Below are positions 1 through 11,319 of a stretch of DNA of 64,000 bases, piece by piece (the first letter of the stretch is position 1; every line of letters starts with the position of its first letter). The notes beneath the pieces are model-generated. The model made no database searches, had not been told where the DNA came from, and worked only from the letters and a program-made list of their open reading frames with translations. The translations under genes and the position numbers were made by a program. Source of the stretch: a virus; UHGV virus genome UHGV-0351052. One strand, 5' to 3'.

Positions 1-1
1 A

Positions 2-136
2 AACCTTTCTTGGAAAGTTGCCGGGACAGTTGATTGGGACGTTGGTGGTGATTGGACAGAAAAAATGGCATCTATGAGTTCTATTTCATCTGGTCAATAC
101 ACAATTGATGGTAGCCGTGTGGATGTCGGGTTATAA
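2..136 (+). CDS. 5: Baseplate hub / tail lysozyme gp5, C-terminal end (partial, enters from upstream)
   Basis: Frame-2 translation ends ...MASMSSISSGQYTIDGSRVDVGL-stop, matching the C-terminal beta-helix tip of T4 gp5 as I recall it; position immediately upstream of gp5.4/gp6. Confidence 0.8.
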   Translation, partial: NLSWKVAGTVDWDVGGDWTEKMASMSSISSGQYTIDGSRVDVGL

Positions 137-154
137 ATAATTCAGAGGTAAATT

Positions 155-1018
155 ATGAAGAAATCCAAAACCATACAATTCCGTTACATTTATAAATCAA
201 CAGTAACCAACCCAAAGGGGTTGGTTCGAATATATATAGGAAAGCATGAATCCAGATATTTTAATCTAGAGGATGATAATTACGTAGGAAGCGGGGATTA
301 TATACAAAAGATTAAAAACAAACCAGGCTATGCTATAGATTTCGAAATTATCGAATTCGTTTCAACACTCGATGTTTTAAATGAAAGAGAAAAATTTTGG
401 ATATCTGAATATAGAAAAACAGGCCAGTGTGTTAATATAAAAGACGGTGGAGATGGATTTTCTTCAAACGATTTAAAACGAATGTGGTCTAATCCTGAGT
501 ATCGAGAAACTCAACTTAAAGCTTTGGCAAAAGGAAAATCTACAAAAGAATTTTCAGAGAAAATATCTAAAATAAACAAAGAAAGATGCGCATCGCCAGA
601 ATATCGAAAGAAAATGAGTAATGCGATGAAAACTGCTTTTGAAAATGATCCCACATTAAAAATTCGTATTTCTAATACTGTCAAATCTTTATGGAAATCC
701 GATGAATATAGAAACAAATTAATTAATCATCCAGGAAAAATAGAAGGAACGAAAAAATCCTGGAATAATCCTTTGATAAGAAAATCGAGATTAGATGCTA
801 GAAATAAAAAACTAAGATCAGTTGAACCTTGGATTAGTATAGAAAAAGTCAAAAAACTTTGGGAGGATTTGGGAAAACCTCATCCGCAGAAATATAAATG
901 GTTTAGAGAAAAAGCAATTGAACATAATCTACCGGATGTAAGTTATAACGCAATTTTAAAAGCATTGAAAAAATGTGATTATAAATTTACACCATTGGAG
1001 AATTCGATAATTGGCTAA
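155..1018 (+). CDS. GIY-YIG family endonuclease-like protein (free-standing homing-endonuclease-like gene) with C-terminal repeated W-x-N/S-P-E-Y-R modules
   Basis: N-terminus has YIY...YIGKH and NEREKFWISEY...N motifs typical of GIY-YIG nuclease domains; C-terminal half has about four degenerate repeats (WSNPEYRETQL, CASPEYRKKM, WKSDEYRNKL, WNNPLIRKSR) resembling DNA-binding modules of Seg-type endonucleases. Sits between gp5 and gp5.4. Confidence 0.6.
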   Translation: MKKSKTIQFRYIYKSTVTNPKGLVRIYIGKHESRYFNLEDDNYVGSGDYIQKIKNKPGYAIDFEIIEFVSTLDVLNEREKFWISEYRKTGQCVNIKDGGDGFSSNDLKRMWSNPEYRETQLKALAKGKSTKEFSEKISKINKERCASPEYRKKMSNAMKTAFENDPTLKIRISNTVKSLWKSDEYRNKLINHPGKIEGTKKSWNNPLIRKSRLDARNKKLRSVEPWISIEKVKKLWEDLGKPHPQKYKWFREKAIEHNLPDVSYNAILKALKKCDYKFTPLENSIIG

Positions 1019-1547
1019 TATACTTCCAATGAGCGCTGATTTAGGAGAATCCATGGAAGGTTCTTCTATCGACGTCACCTTTACCGCTCAATTAGAAACA
1101 GGTGAAACGTTAGTATCTATAAATATAACTAGTTACGAAGAAACTCCTGGGGTTTTAGTAGAAGAAAATCGCTTATATGGAACATATGAATCTGTATTTG
1201 GATTTGGAAATGACGCATTGAAATATCGTTTAGATGATGAATTTAAAACTGCTGCTTCATGGGAATACCTTCCAACTGATTCTAATACTCAGTTATATTT
1301 ATGGAAAGCTCCTCAAAACCTCCAGAAGACATTCACTTATGAAGTAACATTAATATATGACTACCAAGAGCAAAGTGAATCTGGGGGTTCTGGCAGTAAT
1401 TCTAGGTCATCTTCTGATACTACTGAACCAACCGATCCTCCAGCTCCAATAAGAAAAACTCTCGTTAAAAATTATACTAAAACTATAGTTGGAAATTGGA
1501 GCCGTTGGGCTAATAAATTAAGAAGCTACGTGTATGAGAGGCAATAA
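1011..1547 (+). CDS. Hypothetical protein (gene 5.1-like position), Ser/Gly/Thr-rich linker near C-terminus
   Basis: 178-aa ORF, overlaps upstream ORF by 8 nt and abuts gp5.4 start; no recognisable motif. Confidence 0.5.
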
Positions 1548-1841
1548 ATGTCAGGATTAAGTTATGATAAGTGTGTTACTGCTGGCCATGAAGCGTGGCC
1601 TCCAACAGTTGTGAATGCTACACAAAGTAAAGTATTCACTGGAGGAATTGCTGTTCTCGTGGCAGGTGATCCAATTACAGAACATACAGAAATTAAAAAG
1701 CCATATGAAACACATGGCGGAGTGACACAACCTAGAACTTCTAAGGTATATGTCACTGGAAAGAAAGCTGTTCAAATGGCTGATCCAATATCATGCGGTG
1801 ATACTGTGGCTCAGGCATCATCTAAAGTATTCATTAAATAG
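1548..1841 (+). CDS. 5.4: PAAR-repeat spike-tip protein gp5.4
   Basis: 97 aa, small beta-rich protein immediately upstream of gp6; matches recalled T4 gp5.4 size and position. Confidence 0.75.
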
Positions 1842-1849
1842 GATTTAAA

Positions 1850-3832
1850 ATGGCAAATACCCCTGTAAATTATCAATTAACAAGAACAGCAAATGCTATT
1901 CCCGAGATATTCGTCGGGGGTACGTTTGCTGAAATAAAACAAAACCTCATTGAATGGCTTAATGGCCAAAATGAATTTTTGGATTATGATTTTGAAGGCT
2001 CAAGATTAAACGTTCTGTGTGACCTTTTGGCTTATAATACGCTGTACATTCAGCAGTTTGGTAATGCTGCTGTATATGAAAGCTTTATGCGTACTGCTAA
2101 CTTACGAAGCTCAGTTGTTCAAGCTGCACAAGATAACGGATATTTACCTACTTCAAAATCCGCTGCGCAAACCGAAATTATGTTAACATGCACCGACGCA
2201 TTGAATAGGAATTACATTACAATTCCTCGCGGAACTCGCTTTTTAGCATATGCAAAAGATACTTCTGTTAATCCATATAACTTCGTTTCTACCGAAGATG
2301 TTATTGCTATTCGTGATAAAAATAACCAGTATTTTCCACGTTTAAAATTAGCCCAAGGACGTATAGTAAGAACTGAAATCATTTATGATAAATTAACACC
2401 TATTATCATTTATGACAAAAATATAGATAGAAACCAAGTTAAGCTGTATGTTGATGGAGCAGAATGGATTAACTGGACAAGAAAGTCAATGGTTCATGCT
2501 GGTTCTACATCAACAATTTACTACATGCGTGAAACTATTGATGGAAATACTGAATTTTATTTTGGTGAAGGTGAGATTTCTGTTAATGCTGCAGAAGGAG
2601 CATTGACTGCTAATTATATTGGAGGTCTTAAACCTACTCAGAACTCTACGATTGTTATTGAGTACATCAGTACTAACGGTGCAGATGCGAATGGCGCAGT
2701 CGGATTTTCATATGCAGATACATTGACAAATATAACTGTCATCAACATTAATGAAAACCCAAATGATGACCCAGATTTTGTTGGAGCAGACGGCGGCGGT
2801 GACCCAGAAGATATTGAGCGTATTCGCGAATTGGGTACTATTAAACGCGAAACCCAGCAACGCTGCGTAACTGCGACTGACTATGATACATTCGTTTCAG
2901 AGAGATTTGGTTCTATTATTCAGGCAGTTCAGACTTTCACTGATTCTACTAAACCTGGGTATGCATTTATTGCTGCTAAACCTAAATCAGGTCTGTATTT
3001 AACTACCGTACAGCGTGAAGATATTAAAAATTATCTCAAAGACTATAATTTAGCTCCTATTACACCATCAATTATTTCTCCTAATTACCTTTTTATTAAG
3101 ACTAATTTAAAAGTCACATATGCTTTAAATAAGCTGCAAGAATCCGAACAGTGGCTCGAAGGTCAAATAATTGATAAAATTGATCGTTATTATACCGAAG
3201 ATGTAGAAATTTTTAACTCATCTTTCGCTAAATCTAAGATGTTGACATATGTAGATGATGCAGATCATTCTATCATTGGCTCATCAGCGACAATTCAAAT
3301 TGTTCGTGAAGTACAAAACTTCTATAAAACGCCTGAAGCAGGTATTAAATACAATAATCAAATAAAAGACCGTTCTATGGAATCTAATACGTTTTCATTT
3401 AATTCTGGACGAAAGGTTGTAAATCCTGATACTGGTTTAGAAGAAGATGTATTATATGACGTTCGCATAGTATCAACAGACCGAAATTCTAAAGGAATTG
3501 GTAAAGTTATTATTGGTCCATTTGCTTCTGGCGATGTTACAGAAAATAAAAACATTCGTCCATATACAGGCAACGATTTTAATAAATTAGCAAATTCTAG
3601 TGGACGCGACAAATACTATGTTATCGGTGAAATAAATTATCCAGCTGATATGATTTATTGGAATATCGCTAAAATTAATTTAACATCCGATAAATTTGAG
3701 GTTCAGACTATTGAATTATATTCTGACCCAACCGATGATGTTATCTTTACCCGTGATGGTTCACTGATTGTATTTGAAAATGATTTACGTCCGCAATACT
3801 TAACTATCGATTTGGAGCCTATATCACAATGA
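1850..3832 (+). CDS. 6: Baseplate wedge subunit gp6
   Basis: 660 aa, size and position as in T4; starts MANTPVNYQLTRTANAIPEIFVGG. Confidence 0.9.
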   Translation: MANTPVNYQLTRTANAIPEIFVGGTFAEIKQNLIEWLNGQNEFLDYDFEGSRLNVLCDLLAYNTLYIQQFGNAAVYESFMRTANLRSSVVQAAQDNGYLPTSKSAAQTEIMLTCTDALNRNYITIPRGTRFLAYAKDTSVNPYNFVSTEDVIAIRDKNNQYFPRLKLAQGRIVRTEIIYDKLTPIIIYDKNIDRNQVKLYVDGAEWINWTRKSMVHAGSTSTIYYMRETIDGNTEFYFGEGEISVNAAEGALTANYIGGLKPTQNSTIVIEYISTNGADANGAVGFSYADTLTNITVININENPNDDPDFVGADGGGDPEDIERIRELGTIKRETQQRCVTATDYDTFVSERFGSIIQAVQTFTDSTKPGYAFIAAKPKSGLYLTTVQREDIKNYLKDYNLAPITPSIISPNYLFIKTNLKVTYALNKLQESEQWLEGQIIDKIDRYYTEDVEIFNSSFAKSKMLTYVDDADHSIIGSSATIQIVREVQNFYKTPEAGIKYNNQIKDRSMESNTFSFNSGRKVVNPDTGLEEDVLYDVRIVSTDRNSKGIGKVIIGPFASGDVTENKNIRPYTGNDFNKLANSSGRDKYYVIGEINYPADMIYWNIAKINLTSDKFEVQTIELYSDPTDDVIFTRDGSLIVFENDLRPQYLTIDLEPISQ

Positions 3833-6800
3833 CAGTAAAAGCACCTTCAGTCACTAGTCTCAGAATTTCCAAGTTATCCGCAAATCAGGTGCAAGTACGC
3901 TGGGATGACGTTGGTGCTAATTTCTACTATTTTGTAGAAATCGCTGAGACAAAAACAGACTCGGGGGAAAATCTCCCGAGTAATCAATACCGATGGATTA
4001 ATTTAGGATATACTGCAAATAACAGCTTCTTTTTTGATGATGCTGATCCATTAACAACATACATTATTAGAGTAGCTACAGCTGCGCAAGATTTTGAGCA
4101 GTCTGATTGGATTTATACCGAAGAGTTTGAAACTTTTGCTACGAATGCTTACACATTTCAAAATATGATTGAAATGCAATTAGCTAATAAATTCATTCAG
4201 GAAAAATTTACTCTTAACAATTCTAATTATGTCAATTTTAATAATGACACTATAATGGCTGCATTGATGAATGAATCGTTTCAATTCAGCCCATCATATG
4301 CTGATGTCTCATCAATCAGTAATTTTATTATTGGCGAAAATGAGTATCATGAAATACAAGGTTCCATTCAGCAAGTGTGTAAGGATATTAACCGAGTTTA
4401 TTTGATGGAATCAGAAGGGATTCTATATCTTTTTGAGCGCTATCAGCCTGTAGTTAAAGTATCTAATGATAAAGGACAAACCTGGAAAGCTGTGAAGCTC
4501 TTCAATGACCGTGTAGGATATCCTTTATCTAAGACAGTATATTACCAATCTGCGAACACAACATACGTTCTAGGATACGACAAGATTTTCTACGGCCGTA
4601 AATCAACTGATGTTAGATGGTCAGCTGATGATGTCAGATTTAGTTCGCAGGATATAACATTTGCTAAACTTGGTGATCAACTTCATTTGGGATTTGATGT
4701 TGAAATCTTTGGTACTTATGCTACATTACCTGCAAATGTATACCGCATTGCAGAAGCTATTACTTGCACCGATGATTACATTTACGTTGTCGCCAGAGAC
4801 AAAGTTAGATACATAAAAACGAGTAATGCACCTATAGATTCTGATCCATTGTCTCCAACATATTCGGAAAGACTTTTTGAACCTGATACAATGACTATAA
4901 CCGGAAATCCTAAAGCAGTATGCTATAAAATGGATTCTATCGGTGATAAAGTTTTTGCTCTTATTATTGGTGAAGTTGAAACATTAAATGCTAATCCTAG
5001 AACATCAAAAATAATTGATTCTGCTGATAAAGGAATATATGTTTTAAATCATGACACGAAAACATGGAAAAGAGTTTTTGGCAACACTGAAGAAGAAAGA
5101 AGACGTATTCAACCTGGATATGCGAATATGTCAACTGATGGTAAATTAGTTTCTCTGTCTTCGAGTAATTTTAAATTTTTAAGTGATAACGTTGTTAATG
5201 ACCCTGAAACTGCAGCGAAATATCAGTTAATCGGTGCTGTTAAATATGAATTTCCTCGTGAATGGCTAGCCGATAAGCATTATCATATGATGGCATTTAT
5301 AGCAGATGAAAAATCTGATTGGGAAACTTTTACGCCTCAACCGATGAAATATTATGCAGAACCATTCTTTAACTGGTCTAAAAAATCTAACACACGTTGT
5401 TGGATAAACAACTCTGACAGAGCTGTAGTAGTTTATGCTGATTTAAAATACACTAAAGTTATAGAAAATATTCCGGAAACATCGCCAGATAGATTAGTTC
5501 ATGAATACTGGGATGATGGTGATTGTACGATAGTAATGCCAAATGTTAAATTCACAGGATTTAAAAAATATGCGTCTGGGATGCTTTTTTATAAATCTTC
5601 TGGTGAAATAATTTCTTACTATGATTTTAACTATCGAGTGAGAGACACGGTTGAAATAATTTGGAAGCCAACTGGAATATTTTTAAAAGCATTTTTACAA
5701 AACCAAGAGCGTGAAACTCCTTGGTCACCAGAAGAAGAGCATGGATTAGCTGACCCTGATTTAAGACCATTGATTGGCACAATGATGCCTGATTCTTATT
5801 TACTACAAGATTCGAATTTTGAGGCATTTTGCGAAGCATATATTCAGTATCTTTCTGATGGATATGGAACTCAGTATAACAATTTACGAAATTTAATTCG
5901 TAATCAGTATCCACGAGAAGAGCATGCATGGGAATATTTGTGGTCAGAGATATATAAAAGAAACATTTATTTGAACGCGGATAAGCGAGATGCTGTAGCA
6001 AGATTTTTTGAATCACGTAGCTATGATTTTTATTCTACTAAAGGAATTGAAGCATCATACAAGTTTCTTTTTAAAGTTCTTTATAATGAAGAAGTTGAAA
6101 TTGAAATTGAATCTGGGGCTGGTACTGAATATGACATAATCGTTCAATCTGATTCTTTGACTGAAGATTTAGTAGGACAAACGATTTATACAGCCACAGG
6201 AAGATGTAATGTTACTTATATAGAAAGAAGCTATTCTAATGGTAAATTGCAATGGACCGTAACTATTCATAATCTTTTGGGAAGATTAATTGCTGGTCAA
6301 GAAGTTAAAGCAGAAAGACTCCCTAGTTTTGAAGGCGAAATTATTCGTGGAGTTAAAGGAAAGGATTTGCTTCAAAACAATATAGACTATATTAATAGAA
6401 GTAGATCATACTATGTAATGAAAATTAAATCCAATTTACCTTCTTCCCGCTGGAAATCTGACGTTATTCGTTTTGTTCATCCAGTAGGATTTGGATTTAT
6501 AGCAATTACCCTTTTAACGATGTTTATTAATGTTGGTTTAACTCTTAAACATACAGAGACTATAATTAATAAATACAAAAACTATAAATGGGATTCTGGA
6601 TTGCCTACTGAATATGCTGATAGAGTAGCTAAATTAACTCCAACCGGTGAAATTGAGCATGATTCAGTAACAGGCGAAGCAATTTATGAGCCTGGCCCAA
6701 TGGCTGGTGTAGAATATCCTCTTCCTAATGACTATAATGCTGAAAATAATAATTCAATATTTCAAGGTCAATTGCCTTCTGAACGACGCAAGTTAATGAG

Positions 6801-6927
6801 TCCCCTATTTGATGCTTCTGGAACAACATTTGCGCAATTTAGGGATTTAGTTAATAAACGTCTAAAAGATAATATAGGAAATCCGAGAGACCCTGAAAAT
6901 CCAACACAGGTTAAAATAGATGAATGA
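3829..6927 (+). CDS. 7: Baseplate wedge initiator gp7
   Basis: 1032 aa, size/order match T4 gp7; 4-nt overlap with gp6. Confidence 0.9.
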   Translation: MTVKAPSVTSLRISKLSANQVQVRWDDVGANFYYFVEIAETKTDSGENLPSNQYRWINLGYTANNSFFFDDADPLTTYIIRVATAAQDFEQSDWIYTEEFETFATNAYTFQNMIEMQLANKFIQEKFTLNNSNYVNFNNDTIMAALMNESFQFSPSYADVSSISNFIIGENEYHEIQGSIQQVCKDINRVYLMESEGILYLFERYQPVVKVSNDKGQTWKAVKLFNDRVGYPLSKTVYYQSANTTYVLGYDKIFYGRKSTDVRWSADDVRFSSQDITFAKLGDQLHLGFDVEIFGTYATLPANVYRIAEAITCTDDYIYVVARDKVRYIKTSNAPIDSDPLSPTYSERLFEPDTMTITGNPKAVCYKMDSIGDKVFALIIGEVETLNANPRTSKIIDSADKGIYVLNHDTKTWKRVFGNTEEERRRIQPGYANMSTDGKLVSLSSSNFKFLSDNVVNDPETAAKYQLIGAVKYEFPREWLADKHYHMMAFIADEKSDWETFTPQPMKYYAEPFFNWSKKSNTRCWINNSDRAVVVYADLKYTKVIENIPETSPDRLVHEYWDDGDCTIVMPNVKFTGFKKYASGMLFYKSSGEIISYYDFNYRVRDTVEIIWKPTGIFLKAFLQNQERETPWSPEEEHGLADPDLRPLIGTMMPDSYLLQDSNFEAFCEAYIQYLSDGYGTQYNNLRNLIRNQYPREEHAWEYLWSEIYKRNIYLNADKRDAVARFFESRSYDFYSTKGIEASYKFLFKVLYNEEVEIEIESGAGTEYDIIVQSDSLTEDLVGQTIYTATGRCNVTYIERSYSNGKLQWTVTIHNLLGRLIAGQEVKAERLPSFEGEIIRGVKGKDLLQNNIDYINRSRSYYVMKIKSNLPSSRWKSDVIRFVHPVGFGFIAITLLTMFINVGLTLKHTETIINKYKNYKWDSGLPTEYADRVAKLTPTGEIEHDSVTGEAIYEPGPMAGVEYPLPNDYNAENNNSIFQGQLPSERRKLMSPLFDASGTTFAQFRDLVNKRLKDNIGNPRDPENPTQVKIDE

Positions 6928-7924
6928 TTCAAGTGTTATCTATCGTGCGATAGTTACTTCAAAATTTAGAACAGAAAAAATGTTGAATTTTTATAATTCA
7001 ATTGGAAGTGGTCCGGATAAAAACACTATCTTTATTACATTTGGAAGATCAGAACCGTGGTCATCAAACGAAAATGAGGTGGGATTTGCTCCACCTTATC
7101 CCACCGATTCTGTGTTAGGTGTAACTGACATGTGGACTCATATGATGGGAACCGTGAAGGTTCTTCCATCTATGCTTGATGCAGTTATTCCTCGTCGAGA
7201 TTGGGGAGATACTAGATATCCGGATCCATACACATTTAGAATTAACGATATTGTAGTGTGTAACTCAGCTCCTTACAATGCTACTGAGTCAGGTGCAGGT
7301 TGGTTAGTATATCGTTGTTTAGATGTTCCTGATACCGGAATGTGTTCAATCGCATCTTTAACTGATAAGGATGAATGCCTTAAATTAGGCGGAAAATGGA
7401 CACCTTCTGTTAGGTCAATGACTCCTCCTGAAGGTCGAGGAGATGCTGAAGGAACAATTGAACCTGGGGACGGGTATGTATGGGAATATCTATTTGAGAT
7501 TCCACCCGATGTATCTATAAATAGATGCACGAATGAATATATCGTGGTTCCTTGGCCTGAGGAATTAAAAGAAGACCCGACTAGATGGGGATATGAAGAT
7601 AATCTCACTTGGCAGCAAGATGATTTTGGATTAATTTACCGGGTTAAGGCAAATACTATCCGTTTTAAAGCATATTTAGATTCAGTTTACTTTCCTGATG
7701 CTGCATTGCCAGGAAATAAAGGATTTAGACAAATATCAATAATCACGAATCCTCTTGAAGCTAAAGCTCATCCAAATGACCCAAACGTTAAAGCTGAAAA
7801 GGATTATTATGATCCAGAAGATTTAATGAGGCATTCGGGCGAAATGATTTATATGGAAAATAGGCCACCTATTATTATGGCAATGGATCAAACAGAAGAA
7901 ATCAATATTCTGTTTACATTTTAA
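6920..7924 (+). CDS. 8: Baseplate wedge subunit gp8
   Basis: 334 aa, order and size match T4 gp8. Confidence 0.9.
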   Translation: MNDSSVIYRAIVTSKFRTEKMLNFYNSIGSGPDKNTIFITFGRSEPWSSNENEVGFAPPYPTDSVLGVTDMWTHMMGTVKVLPSMLDAVIPRRDWGDTRYPDPYTFRINDIVVCNSAPYNATESGAGWLVYRCLDVPDTGMCSIASLTDKDECLKLGGKWTPSVRSMTPPEGRGDAEGTIEPGDGYVWEYLFEIPPDVSINRCTNEYIVVPWPEELKEDPTRWGYEDNLTWQQDDFGLIYRVKANTIRFKAYLDSVYFPDAALPGNKGFRQISIITNPLEAKAHPNDPNVKAEKDYYDPEDLMRHSGEMIYMENRPPIIMAMDQTEEINILFTF

Positions 7925-7929
7925 ATTAA

Positions 7930-7953
7930 GGGAGCCCATGGGCTCCCTTTTTT
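7930..7953 (+). terminator. Intrinsic terminator-like hairpin (GGGAGCCC / GGGCTCCC stem) followed by T6
   Basis: Perfect 8-bp inverted repeat followed by TTTTTT directly after gp8 stop. Confidence 0.7.
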
Positions 7954-7956
7954 CTT

Positions 7957-7964
7957 TATAAATA
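7957..7964 (+). promoter_or_regulatory. T4-type late promoter box TATAAATA
   Basis: Exact TATAAATA about 25 nt upstream of gp9 start. Confidence 0.7.
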
Positions 7965-7988
7965 TTATAAACTCATAAGGAAACCGCT

Positions 7989-8855
7989 ATGTTCATTCAA
8001 GAACCAAAGAAATTGATTGATACCGGCGAAATTGGTAACGCTTCTACTGGTGATATCTTATTCGACGGTGGTAATAAAATTAATAGTGATTTTAACGCAA
8101 TTTATAATGCGTTTGGCGATCAGCGTAAAATGGCAGTAGCAAATGGCACTGGAGCAGATGGTCAAATTATCCATGCTACTGGGTATTATCAAAAACACTC
8201 TATCGCGGAGTACGCAACTCCAGTGAAAGTTGGCACTAGACATGATATTGATACCTCTACTGTAGGTGTTAAAGTTATTATTGAAAGAGGCGAACTCGGC
8301 GATTGTGTTGAATTCATTAACTCTAATGGATCAATATCAGTTACTAATCCTTTAACAATTCAAGCTATTGATTCAATTAAAGGTGTTTCAGGTAATTTAG
8401 TAGTAACTAGCCCATATAGTAAAGTAACTTTACGCTGTATTTCATCTGATAATTCTACATCGGTTTGGAATTATTCTATTGAAAGTATGTTTGGACAAAA
8501 GGAATCACCAGCTGAAGGTACATGGAATATTTCTACATCCGGATCAGTTGATATTCCACTATTTCATCGCACTGAATACAATATGGCTAAATTGCTAGTT
8601 ACGTGCCAATCGGTAGATGGAAGAAAAATTAAAACGGCAGAAATAAATATTCTTGTAGATACTGTTAATTCAGAGGTTATTTCTTCTGAATATGCTGTCA
8701 TGCGGGTTGGGAATGAAACCGAAGAAGACGAAATCGCTAATATTGCATTTAGTATTAAAGAAAATTACGTAACGGCGACTATAAGTTCTTCAACTGTCGG
8801 TATGAGAGCAGCAGTTAAAGTTATCGCTACGCAGAAAATCGGGGTGGCCCAATAA
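7989..8855 (+). CDS. 9: Baseplate wedge / long tail fiber socket gp9
   Basis: 288 aa, order and size match T4 gp9. Confidence 0.9.
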   Translation: MFIQEPKKLIDTGEIGNASTGDILFDGGNKINSDFNAIYNAFGDQRKMAVANGTGADGQIIHATGYYQKHSIAEYATPVKVGTRHDIDTSTVGVKVIIERGELGDCVEFINSNGSISVTNPLTIQAIDSIKGVSGNLVVTSPYSKVTLRCISSDNSTSVWNYSIESMFGQKESPAEGTWNISTSGSVDIPLFHRTEYNMAKLLVTCQSVDGRKIKTAEINILVDTVNSEVISSEYAVMRVGNETEEDEIANIAFSIKENYVTATISSSTVGMRAAVKVIATQKIGVAQ

Positions 8856-10660
8856 TGAAACAAAATATTAATATCGGTAATGTTGTAGATGATGGTACCG
8901 GTGACTACCTGCGTAAAGGTGGTATAAAAATAAATGAAAACTTTGATGAGCTTTATTATGAACTCGGTGATGGTAATGTTCCATATTCAGCCGGTGCTTG
9001 GAAAACTTATAATGCTTCATCTGGACAAACATTAAAAGCTGAATGGGGAAAATCATACGCTATTAATACTTCGTCTGGAAGAGTAACACTGCAACTTCCT
9101 AAAGGAACTGTTAATGATTATAATAAAGTAATTAGAGCTAGGGATGTATTTGCAACATGGAATGTTAATCCAGTTACTTTAGTAGCCGCTTCTGGTGATA
9201 CTATCAAAGGATCATCGTCATCGGTTGAAATTAACGTTCAATTTAGTGATTTAGAGCTAGTTTATTGCGCTCCGGGCCGTTGGGAATATGTCAAAAATAA
9301 ACAAATTGACAAAATTATTAGTTCAGACATTAGCAATGTAGCTCGTAAAGAATTTTTAGTCGAAGTTCAAGGACAAACAGACTTTTTAGATATTTTCCGT
9401 GGAACTAGTTATAATGTTAATAACATCAGAGTAAAACACCGCGGTAATGAATTGTATTACGGCGATGTTTTTAGCGAAAACAGTGACTTTGGCTCTCCAG
9501 GGGAAAATGAAGGAGAATTGGTTCCTCTTGATGGATTTAATATTAGATTAAGACAGCCTTGTAATGTCGGTGACACTGTTCAAATTGAAACATTTATGGA
9601 TGGTGTATCACAATGGAGAAGTTCATATACAAGACGCCAAATAAAAGTACTGGATTCAAAACTAACATCAAAAACTTCTTTAGAAGGAAGTATTTACGTT
9701 ACTGATTTATCAACAATGAAATCAATTCCATTCTCTGCATTTGGATTAATTCCTGGAGAACCTATTAATCCTAACTCTCTTGAGGTTCGTTTTAATGGAA
9801 TTTTACAGCAGCAGGCTGGAACAGCTGGATATCCTCTGTTTTTGTGTGAAGGAGCTAGTTCAGATACACAAGAAGGTTGTATATCTCTTGGTGGTGAATG
9901 GAAAGAATCGAACACAGATTATTCTATAGAATATGAAGATGGAAAACCTGTCAGTCTTTTATTTGATAGAAAATTTGAATCAGGTGATATAATCGTTATA
10001 ACATGGTTCAATAATGATTTAGGAACTCTTTTAGAAAAAGATGACATTATTGAATTAACTGATGACCGTTATGTTAGTAAAGGATCATCTACTGAAGTTA
10101 CTGGTGATGTAGCCTTAACAGATTTTGATAAAATCGGTTGGCCAAATGTTGAAAAAGTTGATTCTTATACTAGAACGTATAATTCAATATCATCTATTTT
10201 CGATAGCATTTATCCTGTAGGTTCAATTTATGAAAATGCTATAAATCCAAATAATCCGGCGACTTATATGGGATTTGGTTCATGGAAATTATTTGGTAAA
10301 GGACGGGTTTTAGTAGGATGGAATGATGATGTTACGGATCCAAACTTTGCTTTAAACAATAATGATTTAGATTCTAGCGGAAATCCTTCACATACCGCCG
10401 GTGGAACAGTTGGTACAACATCAGTAACTCTTGAAAACGCAAATCTTCCTGCAACTAAAACCGACGAAAGAGTTTTAATTGAAGACGAAAATGGATCAGT
10501 TATTATTGGAGGATGTCAATATGACCCAGACGAAACTGGTCCTATATATACAAAATATCGTGAAGACTACGCAACAACAAACTCTTCACATACTCCTCCT
10601 GCTAATATTAGTAATATTCAACCGTCTATTACTGTATACCGTTGGATAAGGATTGCATAA
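8855..10660 (+). CDS. 10: Baseplate wedge subunit and tail pin gp10
   Basis: 601 aa, size/order match T4 gp10; stop overlaps gp11 start (TAATG). Confidence 0.9.
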   Translation: MKQNINIGNVVDDGTGDYLRKGGIKINENFDELYYELGDGNVPYSAGAWKTYNASSGQTLKAEWGKSYAINTSSGRVTLQLPKGTVNDYNKVIRARDVFATWNVNPVTLVAASGDTIKGSSSSVEINVQFSDLELVYCAPGRWEYVKNKQIDKIISSDISNVARKEFLVEVQGQTDFLDIFRGTSYNVNNIRVKHRGNELYYGDVFSENSDFGSPGENEGELVPLDGFNIRLRQPCNVGDTVQIETFMDGVSQWRSSYTRRQIKVLDSKLTSKTSLEGSIYVTDLSTMKSIPFSAFGLIPGEPINPNSLEVRFNGILQQQAGTAGYPLFLCEGASSDTQEGCISLGGEWKESNTDYSIEYEDGKPVSLLFDRKFESGDIIVITWFNNDLGTLLEKDDIIELTDDRYVSKGSSTEVTGDVALTDFDKIGWPNVEKVDSYTRTYNSISSIFDSIYPVGSIYENAINPNNPATYMGFGSWKLFGKGRVLVGWNDDVTDPNFALNNNDLDSSGNPSHTAGGTVGTTSVTLENANLPATKTDERVLIEDENGSVIIGGCQYDPDETGPIYTKYREDYATTNSSHTPPANISNIQPSITVYRWIRIA

Positions 10661-11319
10661 TGAGTTTACTTAATAATAAAGCGGGAGTTATTTCCCGCTT
10701 AGCAGATTTTCTTGGTTTTAGAACTAAGAAAAATGATATTTCGGTTATGAATAATCAGCCGGTAGGCGCTGTAACAATTTCACAAATAGCAAAAGGTTTT
10801 TATGACCCAAACGTAGAATCTGCTATCAATGATGTTAGAAATATGGCAGAGCAACAGGTTGGAGCTGTATTAGTTAATATAAGTGGCGTATCTCCTACTG
10901 GCGTGCAGCAAACAGACTATTGGTCATTTGAAGGAACTGTTACTGATACTTCAGCCAAACCAGGTGACCCAGTTATTGTTAATATGTTTGGCATTCCTGT
11001 TAAAGCTACTAATGGAATGACTTCAATTGAATTTACTAGTGCTGTTAGAACAGCTCTACAGGAAATGGTTGTAAAATTTATTGCAATTGATTCATTTGAA
11101 GACCATCCTACTATAGGGAATAAAATACAAGTTAAGTATTTAGATAACCAAGAACATATCTTAGAGCAATACTCTGATAAAGGAATTACTTTCAAACAAG
11201 AAATAATTTCTCCTTCTAAACCCGGGTATGGAACTTGGCAATTATTAGGTGCGCAAACTGTTACGCTAGATAGTCATACACAACCTACAGTATTTTATTA
11301 TTTTGAGAGAATAGCATGA
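10660..11319 (+). CDS. 11: Baseplate wedge subunit and tail pin gp11
   Basis: Track ORF starts at 10642 but T4 gp11 begins [20 protein letters not shown] (219 aa), which is the ATG at 10660 overlapping the gp10 stop. Confidence 0.85.
   Translation: MSLLNNKAGVISRLADFLGFRTKKNDISVMNNQPVGAVTISQIAKGFYDPNVESAINDVRNMAEQQVGAVLVNISGVSPTGVQQTDYWSFEGTVTDTSAKPGDPVIVNMFGIPVKATNGMTSIEFTSAVRTALQEMVVKFIAIDSFEDHPTIGNKIQVKYLDNQEHILEQYSDKGITFKQEIISPSKPGYGTWQLLGAQTVTLDSHTQPTVFYYFERIA

Noticed and set aside
511-717. Minus-strand 68-aa ORF inside the GIY-YIG endonuclease gene
   Set aside because: Entirely antisense to a well-supported coding region; no RBS; typical AT-rich spurious ORF.
1557-1775. Two minus-strand ORFs (72 and 64 aa) antisense to gp5.4
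   Set aside because: Overlap a conserved structural gene on the opposite strand; no independent support.
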